Assembly: GCA_013388685.1 (NCBI GenBank)
Contig: JACAET010000048.1
Location: forward strand, 17,552 to 81,551
Length of the DNA: 64,000 nt
From: Chloroflexota bacterium
GTDB lineage: Bacteria; Chloroflexota; Anaerolineae; Anaerolineales; Villigracilaceae
Reading direction: 5' to 3'
The notes under the pieces are model-generated. The model did no database searches. It was not told the origin of the DNA and saw only the letters and a list, made by a program, of their open reading frames with translations. The translations under genes were made by a program, and so were the position numbers. Shown piece by piece: positions 18,412-28,671 of the stretch (the stretch's first letter is position 1; every line of letters starts with the position of its first letter).

Positions 18412-19280
18412 TTCTTTGCTCCGAACAAGCCGCTGGGGCGTACCAACAGAATGAAAATAAACAGAACGAACTCAATTACCGGTACCCAGGATGACTCGAT
18501 GAAGGCTGGAATGATCCCTTCCAGGATTCCCAGAATCAACCCGCCGAACAACGCCCCAATGGGATTGCCCAACCCGCCAAGCACGCCAATGACGAAACTC
18601 TTCAATTCATACCCCGAACCCGATAGAATACTGAAGGGGAAAAACGTAGCAATCAATCCGCCAGCCACCGCAGCCAGCATTGTGCCGATCCCAAAACTTA
18701 GCGCCAAGATGCGGGTGGACGGCACACCCATCAGTTCTGCTGCAGCGCGGTTGTTGGCAACGGCGCGGATGAATTTGCCCGGTCTGGTGCGGTACAAAAA
18801 GAGATAGAGCCCGCCTGTGAACGCCAGCGTGACAATTGCGGCGATAATACGAGTTCCCAGAATGGTAGCATTCCCCAGTTTGAAACTGCCTGCTGAAAAA
18901 TCCACATTATAGGGTGAGGTGGTCAACGCGGCCGTGCCAAGCCCAATAATAATCATATTCACCGAAAATGTTGCCAGGAGCGATGAAAGATGCGGACCGT
19001 TGATCACGCGGTGAACTGCTGCAGTGTAAATCAGAATACCGAGCAAAAGCCCAACAAGGGCAATGGGGAGCACGCCGATATAGGGGTTCAGTCCCAGACG
19101 GGTATAAATGAAGAAGGTGCTGAACATCCCCAACGTGATGATGGGTCCATGCGATAAATTAATGACGTTCATCACACCCCAGATGAGCGTCAACCCCATG
19201 GCGGCAAGCCCGTAAACGAAACCGAGCAGGAGTCCATCGGGGAGCGAAGTCAATAACAGGTTGAGTTGTTGCATGTTCAT
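18408..19280 (-). CDS. livH: Branched-chain amino acid-type ABC permease
   Basis: GLTLIWGVMNVINLSHG, RAVANNRAAA and GGLGNP. Confidence 0.9.
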   Translation of the reverse strand: MNMQQLNLLLTSLPDGLLLGFVYGLAAMGLTLIWGVMNVINLSHGPIITLGMFSTFFIYTRLGLNPYIGVLPIALVGLLLGILIYTAAVHRVINGPHLSSLLATFSVNMIIIGLGTAALTTSPYNVDFSAGSFKLGNATILGTRIIAAIVTLAFTGGLYLFLYRTRPGKFIRAVANNRAAAELMGVPSTRILALSFGIGTMLAAVAGGLIATFFPFSILSGSGYELKSFVIGVLGGLGNPIGALFGGLILGILEGIIPAFIESSWVPVIEFVLFIFILLVRPSGLFGAKK

Positions 19281-19350
19281 CTCCCGGTAAGTCGTGAATG
19301 TAATGCCGCCGCCGATCTCTCAAGCAAAGCCTGGAACGGCGTATAAATAA

Positions 19351-19376
19351 GCAGGGGCAGGTCATCCTGCCCCTGC
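19351..19376. repeat. REP-like palindrome after the substrate-binding protein gene
   Basis: GCAGGGGCAGG-TCAT-CCTGCCCCTGC. The outer arms are identical to those of the palindrome at 57042-57071. Confidence 0.6.
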
Positions 19377-19388
19377 CAGCCTTTGAAT

Positions 19389-20735
19389 CTAGGGTGATGG
19401 AATAGGATAAAGAGGTTGGATAGTTGCCACATCGGCGGGCCAGATCACCAGGCGTTTGAGTTCACCCACCTCGTTTTTCTGCCATTGCGCCACCACCATA
19501 TCATGACCGACCTGCAGCCCATGCGCTTCGGTAGAGATGTCGAACTTTACACCGCCCCAGAAAGTGAAAATGTCCATCGCTTCGAGCGCGGTTCTAACCT
19601 CTTCCGGGTCAACCGAATCGGCTTCTTCGATAGCTTTTTGCAGAATCAAGCCGGCTGTATAACCGCCTGCCACATGATAGGTTGGCTTATCGCCGGTCAT
19701 AGTTTCATAAGCCACAGCAAACTCCTGGCCAGTCGGACCGTAAAATTCCTTGCCCAGCGCGGCGGCCTCTTCAGGTGTGTGTGTGGCGGAAAGTTCCCAC
19801 TGACTGGATGTTGCAATACCAAGCGCGGCTTCTCCCAGTTCCGGGAACTTCGAATCAGCGGGAGCAACCAGCAAAGAGATAAACTTCAGACCGGCTTTAC
19901 GTTCATAAAGTTGACGGGCAAATGTGCTGCCATCTGGATAATGCCCGCCGCCCAACAGGACTGTGGCTCCAGAGTCCACAATTTTATTGATGATGGGTCC
20001 GAAATCGGTTGTGTCGGATGCGTACCCCTCCTCCAACACAACCTCGAAGCCCTGCTCTGCCAGATAGGGCTTCAAACCCTCCACTACTGCCGTCGAAAAC
20101 TTGTCGTTTTCGTGGACAATCGCAATTTTGGCTGACGGATCGAGCGTTTTGAGCATATCCACTGTGCTGAGCAGGTATTGACTGCCCGGCGTGTAGAGTT
20201 GGAACAGGCTTGTGTTACCGGTCTTATAGGCGTCATCTTCAGCGGCGCCGGCAGTGATCATGATTTTACCGTTCTGTTCTGCAATGATCGAGGCGGCGGC
20301 AGTTAATCCCGAAGAATACGGGCTGATGAGAAAATCGGCTTTGTCTTCGGTAATAAGGCGGGTGTAGAGTTCCTGCACGCGCTCCTTGTTCGATTCATCG
20401 TCATATGTCACTGCCTTGAATTTGACCACCGTGCCGTCGCTTAGTTTGATACCCCCGGCGTCATTTACCTGCTGCATCCATAGGTTAAGACCGTTCACCT
20501 GACGCTTCGAGGAGACCTCCTGTGCACCGGTCAAAGACGAGGTGAAGCCAATGACCACCGTCACTTCTTTTGGTTGAGGTGGTGTGGTAGGTTGTTCTTG
20601 CGCAGGTACCGAAGACTCTACCTGTGTGGGTGCAGCAGGCTCAGGCGGTTTCTCGGTGGGGGGATTGCCACCGCAGCCAGCAAGTAGCAATCCCAAAATC
20701 AGGACAATCGTAAGGATAGTAGACGAACGTTTCAT
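19389..20735 (-). CDS. ABC substrate-binding lipoprotein, LivJ/K family
   Basis: Lipobox LLAGC, YDDES and SPYSSG. First gene of a liv operon; ATG at 20735 follows GGAGG. Confidence 0.88.
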   Translation of the reverse strand: MKRSSTILTIVLILGLLLAGCGGNPPTEKPPEPAAPTQVESSVPAQEQPTTPPQPKEVTVVIGFTSSLTGAQEVSSKRQVNGLNLWMQQVNDAGGIKLSDGTVVKFKAVTYDDESNKERVQELYTRLITEDKADFLISPYSSGLTAAASIIAEQNGKIMITAGAAEDDAYKTGNTSLFQLYTPGSQYLLSTVDMLKTLDPSAKIAIVHENDKFSTAVVEGLKPYLAEQGFEVVLEEGYASDTTDFGPIINKIVDSGATVLLGGGHYPDGSTFARQLYERKAGLKFISLLVAPADSKFPELGEAALGIATSSQWELSATHTPEEAAALGKEFYGPTGQEFAVAYETMTGDKPTYHVAGGYTAGLILQKAIEEADSVDPEEVRTALEAMDIFTFWGGVKFDISTEAHGLQVGHDMVVAQWQKNEVGELKRLVIWPADVATIQPLYPIPSP

Positions 20736-20798
20736 TCTCTGTGCCTCCTCCAAAAAATAGAATATCGAACTCAAGCGGAAAACTCTCACTCTTTGTTC

Positions 20799-20866
20799 AT
20801 TGTAGGAGGCTGCCCGTAAATTTTTCTAAAAATACAGGTTCGATTTATAAAAACTTCATAAAAACT
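20799..20866 (-). promoter_or_regulatory. liv operon promoter with OmpR-type direct repeats
   Basis: Minus-strand -10 TACAAT at 20799-20804 with a poor -35. ATAAAAACT occurs at 20847-20855 and 20858-20866 (11-bp period), with a third TAAAAA at 20827. Confidence 0.55.
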
Positions 20867-20903
20867 GAATTCAGGATAGATCATTGAAACGCCCCGAAAA
20901 AAA

Positions 20904-21590
20904 CTATCCTTCGAACCGATACCCCACTCCATGTTCCGTGTGCAAATACACCGGCTTCAACGGGTTGCTTTCGATCTTCTGACGCAGACGCCCCATATAT
21001 ACCCGCAGATATTCTGCCTCGTGACTGTATTCCGGTCCCCACACATGCTGCAGAATAGCGCGATGGTGCAATGTCTTCCCGGCATTTTTCATGAGGTACA
21101 CAAGCAGATTGAACTCTGTGGGAGTCAACTCCACCGCTTCTCCCCGCACTCTGACCTGATGCTTCTCGATATCTACCTCCACCTCCCCCCGCACGATTCG
21201 ACCTCCGCCTGAAACTGTCCCTGCCCAATCTGCCCTTCTCAACACCGCTTTGATTCTTCCCAGCAACTCCCCGACCCCAAAGGGCTTCGTCAGATAATCG
21301 TCCGCCCCCAGGTCAAACGCCCGCACCTTATCTGTTTCCTCCCCCATTGCCGTCAGGATGATAATCGGCACATGCGACTCGTCGCGGATGCGGCGCGTAG
21401 CTTCCAGTCCGTCCATGTGCGGCATCATTATATCCATAATCACCAGCTGAACAGGTTCATTTTGGAAAATCGCCAGTGCTTCCAGCCCGTTTGCGGCGCA
21501 CGCCACCTTGTAACCGCGCACTTCCAGGTTGCGGCGCACAAACTCACGCAGGGGCTTTTCGTCGTCCACGACCAGAACGTTGATGTTCAT
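20904..21590 (-). CDS. OmpR/KdpE-family response regulator
   Basis: VVDDE, MDIMMPHMDG and KPF; winged-helix end LTPTEFNLL...HGVGYRF. Confidence 0.92.
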   Translation of the reverse strand: MNINVLVVDDEKPLREFVRRNLEVRGYKVACAANGLEALAIFQNEPVQLVIMDIMMPHMDGLEATRRIRDESHVPIIILTAMGEETDKVRAFDLGADDYLTKPFGVGELLGRIKAVLRRADWAGTVSGGGRIVRGEVEVDIEKHQVRVRGEAVELTPTEFNLLVYLMKNAGKTLHHRAILQHVWGPEYSHEAEYLRVYMGRLRQKIESNPLKPVYLHTEHGVGYRFEG

Positions 21591-24300
21591 TGCTCCGCGT
21601 TCTCCTGACGGCAGAAGTTGCCGTCCTCGATTTTACCGGAATTGTAAACGCGATACAGGCGCCCTCCAACTGCGGCTCGACCCAAATTCTGCCGCCGTGC
21701 GCCGTTACCAACCCCTGACAAATTGTCAGCCCCAGCCCGGCGCCGCTGGTCGGACGTGTCAAGCCTTCGTCCACGCGGTAGAAGCGTTCAAAAACATGTT
21801 CCTTTTCTTTCAGTGGAATGCCCGGTCCGTTATCCTTTACACGGAAAACGATTTCACCGGCGCTTCGCTCTACTTCGACCTTTATCGTTGCTGTTTCACC
21901 GGCATACTTGACCGAGTTCTCGATCAAATTCCGTAAAATGGATTCCAGCCGCAGACGATCGGCGTAAAGAGCTGCCGCTTTCGGGGCAATGGATACTTTG
22001 AAGATGTTTTGAGGGGAGAGGCGCGCTTCCTTTGCCGCATTGCGGATGACGGTTTCGGTGTTGCACTTTTCCATCGAGAGTTTGAGCGAGCCAGCCTCAA
22101 TGCGCGAGAGATCGAGCAGGTTGTTGACCAGGCTGGTGAGGCGGTCTGTTTCGTCCGAGATGATGGTCAGGAATTCACGCTGAGAGGCGTGGTCCCATTC
22201 CACGTCATCTGCCAGCATGGTGGAGACATATCCCTTGATGGCGGCAAGCGGAGTCCGCAGTTCGTGGGAGACGGTGGAGACCAGGCTGGAACGCACACGA
22301 TCGAGCTCCCAATCTGCCGTAATGTCGTGAAAGAGAATGCCGTGCCCGATAGGGGTGCCCTGCTCATCATTTACGCTGAAAACTTCCAGCCGCAGGTGTA
22401 CCGTCTGATTTTGGAGCGTGCAGGTAATTTCCATTTTGCTTTCTCCGCCTGTTTTCAGCAGGTTGTGAGGCGGCTTGTGGCGGGCAGGCGGGTCGGAGGC
22501 TTTCTCAATGATACGCGCAAGGATTTGGTCGGCGTGCATACCGCTCAGGTTTTTTATGTCAAGTTCAGCCAGTTCACCTATACGTTTATTGGCGTAAATT
22601 ATTTTTCCGTGCAGGTCAGTGAGAATCAAACCGTCGTGCAGTGACTCGACCAGCGCTTCGAGACGCTGCGTCTGTTCACGTAGGCGCATATCGCTGCGCT
22701 CGAACAGAACGGCATGTTCGATTGCCATGGCGGCGTGATTGGCAAAACTGGTTAACAGTTGGATTTCGTTAGCGGTGAATATGTGCGGCGTGGGGTGGAA
22801 CACCAGCAGGGCAGTGGGCGGCGCATGTTTGGTATTGAGCGGCACAGCCAGCACGGCGCGAAACCCTTCCAGCCGCGCACGATGCTTGCGAATGGCGTAG
22901 GAGGGGTCGGTTTCGGTGTCGCTGACCTGGACTGGCTCGTGCACGTGCAGGGCGCGCATAGTGACCGAATCTGGCTCGGAAGGCTGGATGGACAACTGCT
23001 CGGTAAACTGTTTGGAAAGCCCGCGGCTGGCGCGAATGCGAAAACTGCCGTTGGTTTCATCGAGCGCGATGACCGCATACATTTTAATTTGGAGCAAACG
23101 CCCCATTTGCTCGAGGATGCGGTTGAGGACGGTTTCGGTATCCAGCGAAGAGACGACGGCGGTGCTGGTCTCCAGCAGGGTTGCCTGTTCCCTTATCCGT
23201 TCCTGAATTGAGTCTCGCATGCCGATAATACTTTGGATGAGATTGCCAATCTGGTCGCTGCGTTTGGATTCGGTAAAAAGATACCTTTGATCCGGAGGGC
23301 TGATCGGCTGGTTCAATCCAATCGCTTCGCTGATGGGCACCAGCCGCTCGATGGGGTGGATGACGCGCACGGTCAACATCCCCCAGAAGAACAAGCCGAT
23401 GAGGATGAATGTTCCTGCCGCCACAAGTACGATACGGCGCAGGATGATCTGCGTGGCAAAGGCGGCGGCAGTGGGACGGCTGACAATCACCTGCCAGTGG
23501 ATGTTGGGAATCGAAGCGCGGGTGTAGAGCCTTTCTTCTCCTTGCGGGGCGGAGGCGATTTGGGAATCGTTCTCCCCGTTGAAATTCACGAGATACCCTT
23601 CGGGGATGATGTCCTGCGCAGGGTGGAGCAGGTATTGCGGATCGGGATAGGCAATGATCTGGTTTGCGGCATCCAGGATGACGACCTGCAAACCCTCCTC
23701 TATCTGATGTTCGGAAATCACAGCAGTCAATGTCTGGCTGAGACTTTCGAGCCGGATGTTCGCACCGATCAATCCAAGAAACACACCATCATCTGACCAC
23801 AGCGGCATCACAGCGGTGGCCACCGCCTGGTTTGTCGTCGGTGAAATTCGCCCCAGCGAAACCAGCGGCTGGTCGGTCAACAATGCCGCCTGAAAGTAAT
23901 CCCTGAAGGAAAAATCAACCCCGACCGTCGAGCCGGGACCAGTCGGGGCGTGATACAGCATGATACCGTTTGGGCCGAGCCGATAGACCAGGTTCACTTC
24001 GGGCGAGGTCGCGAGGACGAGATTGAAGATTTCCCCCATGGCAGCCTCATCTGCTTTGATTACCCCTTCATAGGTAGACAAGCCCGCAACGGTATTCAGC
24101 GCCTTTGCGATAGCAAGGTTCACCTCCTGCGAAATGGATTGCGCCAGCGCCAGATTGCTGGCTTGCACGTCGCGGCGAATGCGCACGCCGATCAGCCCAT
24201 CGAACGCCCACAGCGTGACCAGAAACGGCACGATGAGCAGAAGGTAAAGCGCAAACAGTTGCAAACCGAGATCGCGGTGAAACGCAAGCCAGCGGCGCAT
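21544..24300 (-). CDS. Membrane sensor histidine kinase (Cache-like ectodomain, HAMP-like, GAF, PAS, HisKA, HATPase)
   Basis: Two TM segments flank an extracytoplasmic domain. H-box SHELRTPL, NLIENSVKY, DNGPGI and GAGLGL. Confidence 0.9.
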   Translation of the reverse strand: MRRWLAFHRDLGLQLFALYLLLIVPFLVTLWAFDGLIGVRIRRDVQASNLALAQSISQEVNLAIAKALNTVAGLSTYEGVIKADEAAMGEIFNLVLATSPEVNLVYRLGPNGIMLYHAPTGPGSTVGVDFSFRDYFQAALLTDQPLVSLGRISPTTNQAVATAVMPLWSDDGVFLGLIGANIRLESLSQTLTAVISEHQIEEGLQVVILDAANQIIAYPDPQYLLHPAQDIIPEGYLVNFNGENDSQIASAPQGEERLYTRASIPNIHWQVIVSRPTAAAFATQIILRRIVLVAAGTFILIGLFFWGMLTVRVIHPIERLVPISEAIGLNQPISPPDQRYLFTESKRSDQIGNLIQSIIGMRDSIQERIREQATLLETSTAVVSSLDTETVLNRILEQMGRLLQIKMYAVIALDETNGSFRIRASRGLSKQFTEQLSIQPSEPDSVTMRALHVHEPVQVSDTETDPSYAIRKHRARLEGFRAVLAVPLNTKHAPPTALLVFHPTPHIFTANEIQLLTSFANHAAMAIEHAVLFERSDMRLREQTQRLEALVESLHDGLILTDLHGKIIYANKRIGELAELDIKNLSGMHADQILARIIEKASDPPARHKPPHNLLKTGGESKMEITCTLQNQTVHLRLEVFSVNDEQGTPIGHGILFHDITADWELDRVRSSLVSTVSHELRTPLAAIKGYVSTMLADDVEWDHASQREFLTIISDETDRLTSLVNNLLDLSRIEAGSLKLSMEKCNTETVIRNAAKEARLSPQNIFKVSIAPKAAALYADRLRLESILRNLIENSVKYAGETATIKVEVERSAGEIVFRVKDNGPGIPLKEKEHVFERFYRVDEGLTRPTSGAGLGLTICQGLVTAHGGRIWVEPQLEGACIAFTIPVKSRTATSAVRRTRSNEHQRSGRGRRKAPA

Positions 24301-24301
24301 G

Positions 24302-25666
24302 TTATCTCACCTGGGCAAACTCCTTGATGACGCGTGCCATGTGGCGGGCATGTTTGAGATACAGGTCAATGCGGATGTTTTCGTTGGGGGCGTGGGCGCG
24401 GGTATCGGGGTAGCCCAAGCCTGCCGTTGCCACCGGAAGCCCCAGGTCATGCACGAACGGATAATTCGGACCGGAACCGCCCACCATCGGGACGGGTTGC
24501 ATCGGTTGCTCGTACACCTCCTCCGCCGCCTGCACCACGGTTCGGACGAAGGGGTGGTCTGGGTCCGTCCGAGCGGCTGGTTCTCCGCCCAGGAATTTGA
24601 TCTGCACATCCTGGAAGCCGTGCGCGTCGAGATGGGCGCGCAGTTTTTTGAGGATGTCTTCCGGCTTCTGGTCGGGGACGAGGCGAAAGTCCACTTTGGC
24701 GGAGGCAAAGGCAGGCTGGACGGTCTTGGAGCCTGGTCCCTGATAGCCGCTGGTCAAGCCGCAGATGGTGCAGGTGGGGGTAAAGACCTCTTCCATTTTG
24801 AGGTTGGTGCCGCCGGTCAACCCTTTGATGAATTGTTTGACGCCGTAGCGTTGTTTGTATTCTTCCGCCACATCGGGCAGGGCTTCCATCAGCTCGCGGT
24901 CGCGTTCGCTGGGCGGCACGATGTCGTCGTAGAAGCCGGGGATGCGGATGCGTTCGTCGGGTCCTTTCAGCGTGGACAACGCCCAAACGAGACGCCACGC
25001 CGCATTCGGGAAGATGGAACCGCCCAGCCCCGAGTGAACGTCAATGCCGAGCGCTTCGACGGAGAGCTCCACGTAGCAGATGCCGCGCAGTCCCAGGTAT
25101 TGCATGGGCACGTCGCGGTGATCCACCCCGCCGAATTCCCAGATGCAGGCATCGGCTTTGAGTTTTTCCTTGTTGTTGCGGATGAAATCGTGCAGGTGCA
25201 CGCTGGAGGTTTCCTCCTCGCCTTCGATGATGAATTTGATGTTGCAGGGCAGGTCGCCGTCGGCGGCGAGGATGGCGTCAATGGCATGCAGGCGCGAGAC
25301 GATGTGGCCCTTGTCGTCGCTGATGCCGCGCCCGTACATTTTGCCGTCGCGGATGGACGGTTCGAAAGGCGGCGTTGCCCACAGTTCGAGCGGTTCGGGC
25401 GGCTGGACGTCGTAGTGGTTGTAGAAGAGCAGGGTTTTGTCGCTTTTGCCCTTGCGCTCGGCGAGGACGACGGGCGCGCCTTCGGTCTCGGCGATTTCGG
25501 CGGTGAAGCCGCGCGCGCGTAGCATATCGGCAACGAGGGCGGCGCATTCTTTTAGCCCAATGCCCTGCGCGCTGATGCTGGGTTGCGCCACCAGCCTGCC
25601 GAGTTCGGCAAGGCTTTTCTCGAGGTTGGTTTCGAGATAGGCGTCAATCTTTTGGTATTCTGACAT
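24302..25666 (-). CDS. M20/M25/M40 family metallo-hydrolase (second paralog in the window)
   Basis: YNHYDVQP, RGISDDKG, EGEEE and HAPNEN. Confidence 0.9.
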   Translation of the reverse strand: MSEYQKIDAYLETNLEKSLAELGRLVAQPSISAQGIGLKECAALVADMLRARGFTAEIAETEGAPVVLAERKGKSDKTLLFYNHYDVQPPEPLELWATPPFEPSIRDGKMYGRGISDDKGHIVSRLHAIDAILAADGDLPCNIKFIIEGEEETSSVHLHDFIRNNKEKLKADACIWEFGGVDHRDVPMQYLGLRGICYVELSVEALGIDVHSGLGGSIFPNAAWRLVWALSTLKGPDERIRIPGFYDDIVPPSERDRELMEALPDVAEEYKQRYGVKQFIKGLTGGTNLKMEEVFTPTCTICGLTSGYQGPGSKTVQPAFASAKVDFRLVPDQKPEDILKKLRAHLDAHGFQDVQIKFLGGEPAARTDPDHPFVRTVVQAAEEVYEQPMQPVPMVGGSGPNYPFVHDLGLPVATAGLGYPDTRAHAPNENIRIDLYLKHARHMARVIKEFAQVR

Positions 25667-25676
25667 GCTATTCTCC

Positions 25677-26474
25677 TTATCGCATGAAATTGGTCAGCCA
25701 TTCCAGGGAGTAGTACCCTGCCATGGCAAAAAAGAGCATTTTGATAATCTGCCCCGCCCACGTGAAAACCAGAAAAGTTTGCAGGGGTAATTTGGTGATG
25801 CCTGCCGCTATGCCTGCCACGTCGAAGAACGGGTTGGGGATGGCGGAAAGGACGAACACCGCCCAGCCGCCGTATTTTTCCACCCAGGGATGCAGGCGCT
25901 CGTAGATGTGTGTCTTTTCCACAATGACTTGCCCGCTGAAGCCTGCCAGGTAGCCGGAGAGTTCGCCCAGCGCGCCGCCTGTCCCTGCCGCAAGCCCCAC
26001 CCACAACGGGTTGAACACTGCCCCCATGGCATAAATGATGGCGACGCCCGGCGCAGGCAGGAGGACGGTCGCATTTGCCATTAAAGCAATGAGGAAAATG
26101 CCGGCATATCCAAAACGCTCGAACTCCTCCACCCGGCTGCGAATGCTGTAAATATAGACGGTAATTCCAATGACCGCCAGCAAAGCGAGAACGCGCAGTA
26201 AATTGACCGGGAGGGAGGTCTTCGCTTTTTCCGACGGAATGGAAAGGGGAAGCGTAGCCGCCATTTCGGCTGAGACGACGGCCGGAGCGGGCGGAACCGC
26301 CGCTTTCCGGACGCTTCTCTTCGCCCCGCTGACTGCTTTCTGCGCCTGGGCGGTTTTCTCCGCCTTGACCTGCGTTTTCTTCTTCGTGACGCGCGAAGAG
26401 CGCGCAGAACTTTGAGATTTCCGCGCGCCGGCGGGTTTCTTTATGGCTTTATTCTCCTTCTTCGATGGTGACAC
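25677..26474 (-). CDS. DedA/VTT-domain membrane protein with a Lys/Arg-rich N-terminal extension (start uncertain)
   Basis: [19 protein letters not shown] and [14 protein letters not shown]. The GTG at 26474 lies inside the upstream PPIase gene. Confidence 0.75.
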   Translation of the reverse strand: MSPSKKENKAIKKPAGARKSQSSARSSRVTKKKTQVKAEKTAQAQKAVSGAKRSVRKAAVPPAPAVVSAEMAATLPLSIPSEKAKTSLPVNLLRVLALLAVIGITVYIYSIRSRVEEFERFGYAGIFLIALMANATVLLPAPGVAIIYAMGAVFNPLWVGLAAGTGGALGELSGYLAGFSGQVIVEKTHIYERLHPWVEKYGGWAVFVLSAIPNPFFDVAGIAAGITKLPLQTFLVFTWAGQIIKMLFFAMAGYYSLEWLTNFMR

Positions 26475-26961
26475 GGGTAATCTTCACTGCAGGGGCATTG
26501 CGGTTGTTGGGGTCGCGCGGCGGGATGGACATCAGCACGTCGAGTCCCTCCACCACCTGACCAAAGACACTGTGTTTGCCGTCCAGCCAGGGGGTGGGGA
26601 CGTGTGTGATGAAAAATTGCGAGCCGTTGGTGTTGGGTCCTGCATTTGCCATGGAGAGAACGCCCTGTTTATCGTGGCGCAGGCTGGGGTGAAATTCGTC
26701 CTCGAAGCGGTAGCCGGGTCCGCCCATGCCGCTGCCGGTGGGGTCGCCGCCCTGCGCCATGAAGTTGGCAATCACGCGGTGGAAGATGACTCCATCGTAG
26801 AAGCCTTCGCGCGAGAGGAAGACGAAATTGTTGACGGTTTTGGGCGTTTTGTCGGCAAAGAGTTCGATGACCAGGATGCCTTTATCAGTCTCCATGCGCG
26901 CTTTGTACTTTTTCTTCGGGTCAATCTGCATGGCAGGTGAGGTGCTCCATTGTTTGGACAT
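26449..26961 (-). CDS. Cyclophilin-type peptidyl-prolyl isomerase
   Basis: [34 protein letters not shown] and [10 protein letters not shown]. Confidence 0.95.
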   Translation of the reverse strand: MSKQWSTSPAMQIDPKKKYKARMETDKGILVIELFADKTPKTVNNFVFLSREGFYDGVIFHRVIANFMAQGGDPTGSGMGGPGYRFEDEFHPSLRHDKQGVLSMANAGPNTNGSQFFITHVPTPWLDGKHSVFGQVVEGLDVLMSIPPRDPNNRNAPAVKITRVTIEEGE

Positions 26962-26982
26962 GAGGGTTCTCCTTGTTAGTTA

Positions 26983-27624
26983 TTAGCCTGACCGGTTTTC
27001 TATATTCAGTAACGCTTCGATTCTTGCCACGACCATGTCCAGCGCGGCGGTGTTGTGTCCGCCTTCGGGGATGATGATGTCGGCGTAACGCTTGGATGGT
27101 TCGACAAATTCCAGGTGCATGGGGCGGACAGTTGCCTGATATTGTTTGATGACCGATTCGGTAGTGCGCCCGCGTTCGGTCAGGTCCCGTTCGAGGCGGC
27201 GGATGAAGCGGATGTCGGAGTCGGTGTCCACGAAGATTTTCACGTCGAACAGTTCGCGCAGGGCGGGTTCGGTGAAGATGAGGATTCCCTCCACGAGGAT
27301 GACGGCGCGCGGCTGGACGGTGTAGGTGCGGTTGGTGCGGCTGTGGGTGGAGAAGTCGTAAATCGGGACCTCGACAGGCTTCCCGTCGCGGAGGGAGGCG
27401 ATGTGTCGAATCAGCAATTCGGTTTCGAGAGAGTTGGGGTGGTCGAAGTTGACTTCCGCCCGTTGCGCGGGAGGCAGTCCGCTCAGGTCTTTGTAGTATG
27501 AGTCGTGCTGGAGGAAGGCGATTCGATCTGGACCGACGCGCTGGAGGATTTCCTGTGCAACGGTTGTCTTGCCGGAGCCGGATCCGCCGGCGATGCCGAT
27601 GACCAGTGGTTCTGGGCGTTTCAT
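26983..27624 (-). CDS. udk: Uridine kinase
   Basis: IGIAGGSGSGKTT, DSYYKD, NFDHP and RRLERD...RGR. Confidence 0.93.
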   Translation of the reverse strand: MKRPEPLVIGIAGGSGSGKTTVAQEILQRVGPDRIAFLQHDSYYKDLSGLPPAQRAEVNFDHPNSLETELLIRHIASLRDGKPVEVPIYDFSTHSRTNRTYTVQPRAVILVEGILIFTEPALRELFDVKIFVDTDSDIRFIRRLERDLTERGRTTESVIKQYQATVRPMHLEFVEPSKRYADIIIPEGGHNTAALDMVVARIEALLNIENRSG

Positions 27625-27641
27625 ACTTGCATTATACCCGT

Positions 27642-27673
27642 AATAAAAACCCCTCTCCTGTGGGGGAGAGGGG
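27642..27673 (-). terminator. Intrinsic terminator after the DegV-family gene
   Basis: Stem CCCCTCTCC/GGAGAGGGG followed by TTTTTATT on the minus strand. Confidence 0.7.
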
Positions 27674-27681
27674 CGGATGGG

Positions 27682-28536
27682 CTACATGCCTGCCATGAAG
27701 GCAAGCCCGACCGTACCTGGTCCTGCGTGGTTGGCGACTACGGGGCTGACCTCGGCAAAGATGCTTTCGGCGGGGTTGAGTTCCTTTTCGGCTTTGGCAA
27801 GCAGGATTTTGGCTTCTTCGGCGGCGTTGGCATGCAAAGTGGCAAGGCGGACGGGTGTTTTTCCACTGGTGTGTTCGATGACCAGTTCGATGACGCGCTC
27901 ATGGGCTTTGGTCTTGGTGCGGATGCGTTCCAAGCCTTCTACTTTGCCGTCCATGACCGCCAGAATGGGTTTCATGTTGAGCAGGGTGCCGAGGAAACGC
28001 TGGGCGCCGCCAATGCGTCCGCCGCGATGGAGGAATTCGAGGGTGTCCACCGCGAAGAAGACGCCGGTGCTTTGACGGGCTTTTTCTGCCAGCGCCATGC
28101 AGTCGTTGAGGTTTGCCCCGTTTTCGGCGGCGCGTGCCACGGCAAGGACTTGGAATCCCATTGCCATGGCGGTGGAGGCGCTGTCGAACACGGTGACTTT
28201 TTCGCCCGCCGCGCCCATCAGTTCCCGCGCCTGCGTGGCAGATTGAATGGTGCCCGATAGTTTGGATGAGATGAAGATGCCGAAGACCTCATATCCTTTG
28301 TCCACCAACCCTTGAAAGATGGTCTGCATGTCTGCTACGGAGACCTGGGAGGTGGTTGCCATGGTTTTGGAGTTTTTCAGCCGGTTGAAGAATTCCTCCG
28401 ATCGGATGTCCACCCCGTCGCGGTAGGTTTTATCATCCCAAATGAGCACTTGGGGTGCCACCGTGATGTTATGCTTTTGTACAAGGTCGGCGGGGATGTA
28501 AGCGGTGCTGTCGGTCACAACGGCGATTTTAGACAT
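27682..28536 (-). CDS. DegV family fatty-acid-binding protein
   Basis: IAVVTDST, TTSQVS, ISSKLSGT, LHRGGRIG and HAGPG. Confidence 0.92.
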   Translation of the reverse strand: MSKIAVVTDSTAYIPADLVQKHNITVAPQVLIWDDKTYRDGVDIRSEEFFNRLKNSKTMATTSQVSVADMQTIFQGLVDKGYEVFGIFISSKLSGTIQSATQARELMGAAGEKVTVFDSASTAMAMGFQVLAVARAAENGANLNDCMALAEKARQSTGVFFAVDTLEFLHRGGRIGGAQRFLGTLLNMKPILAVMDGKVEGLERIRTKTKAHERVIELVIEHTSGKTPVRLATLHANAAEEAKILLAKAEKELNPAESIFAEVSPVVANHAGPGTVGLAFMAGM

Positions 28537-28671
28537 ACTTCCTCCTTAAATTGAAATGAAAATTAGGCGCATTCCTGCATGACTTAAACCCTTTCCGCAA
28601 TCCGGGGATACGAATTGTTAGGTATAATATTCCAACAGATTCACGTTTGACTTTTCATCGAGGAGCCTGCT

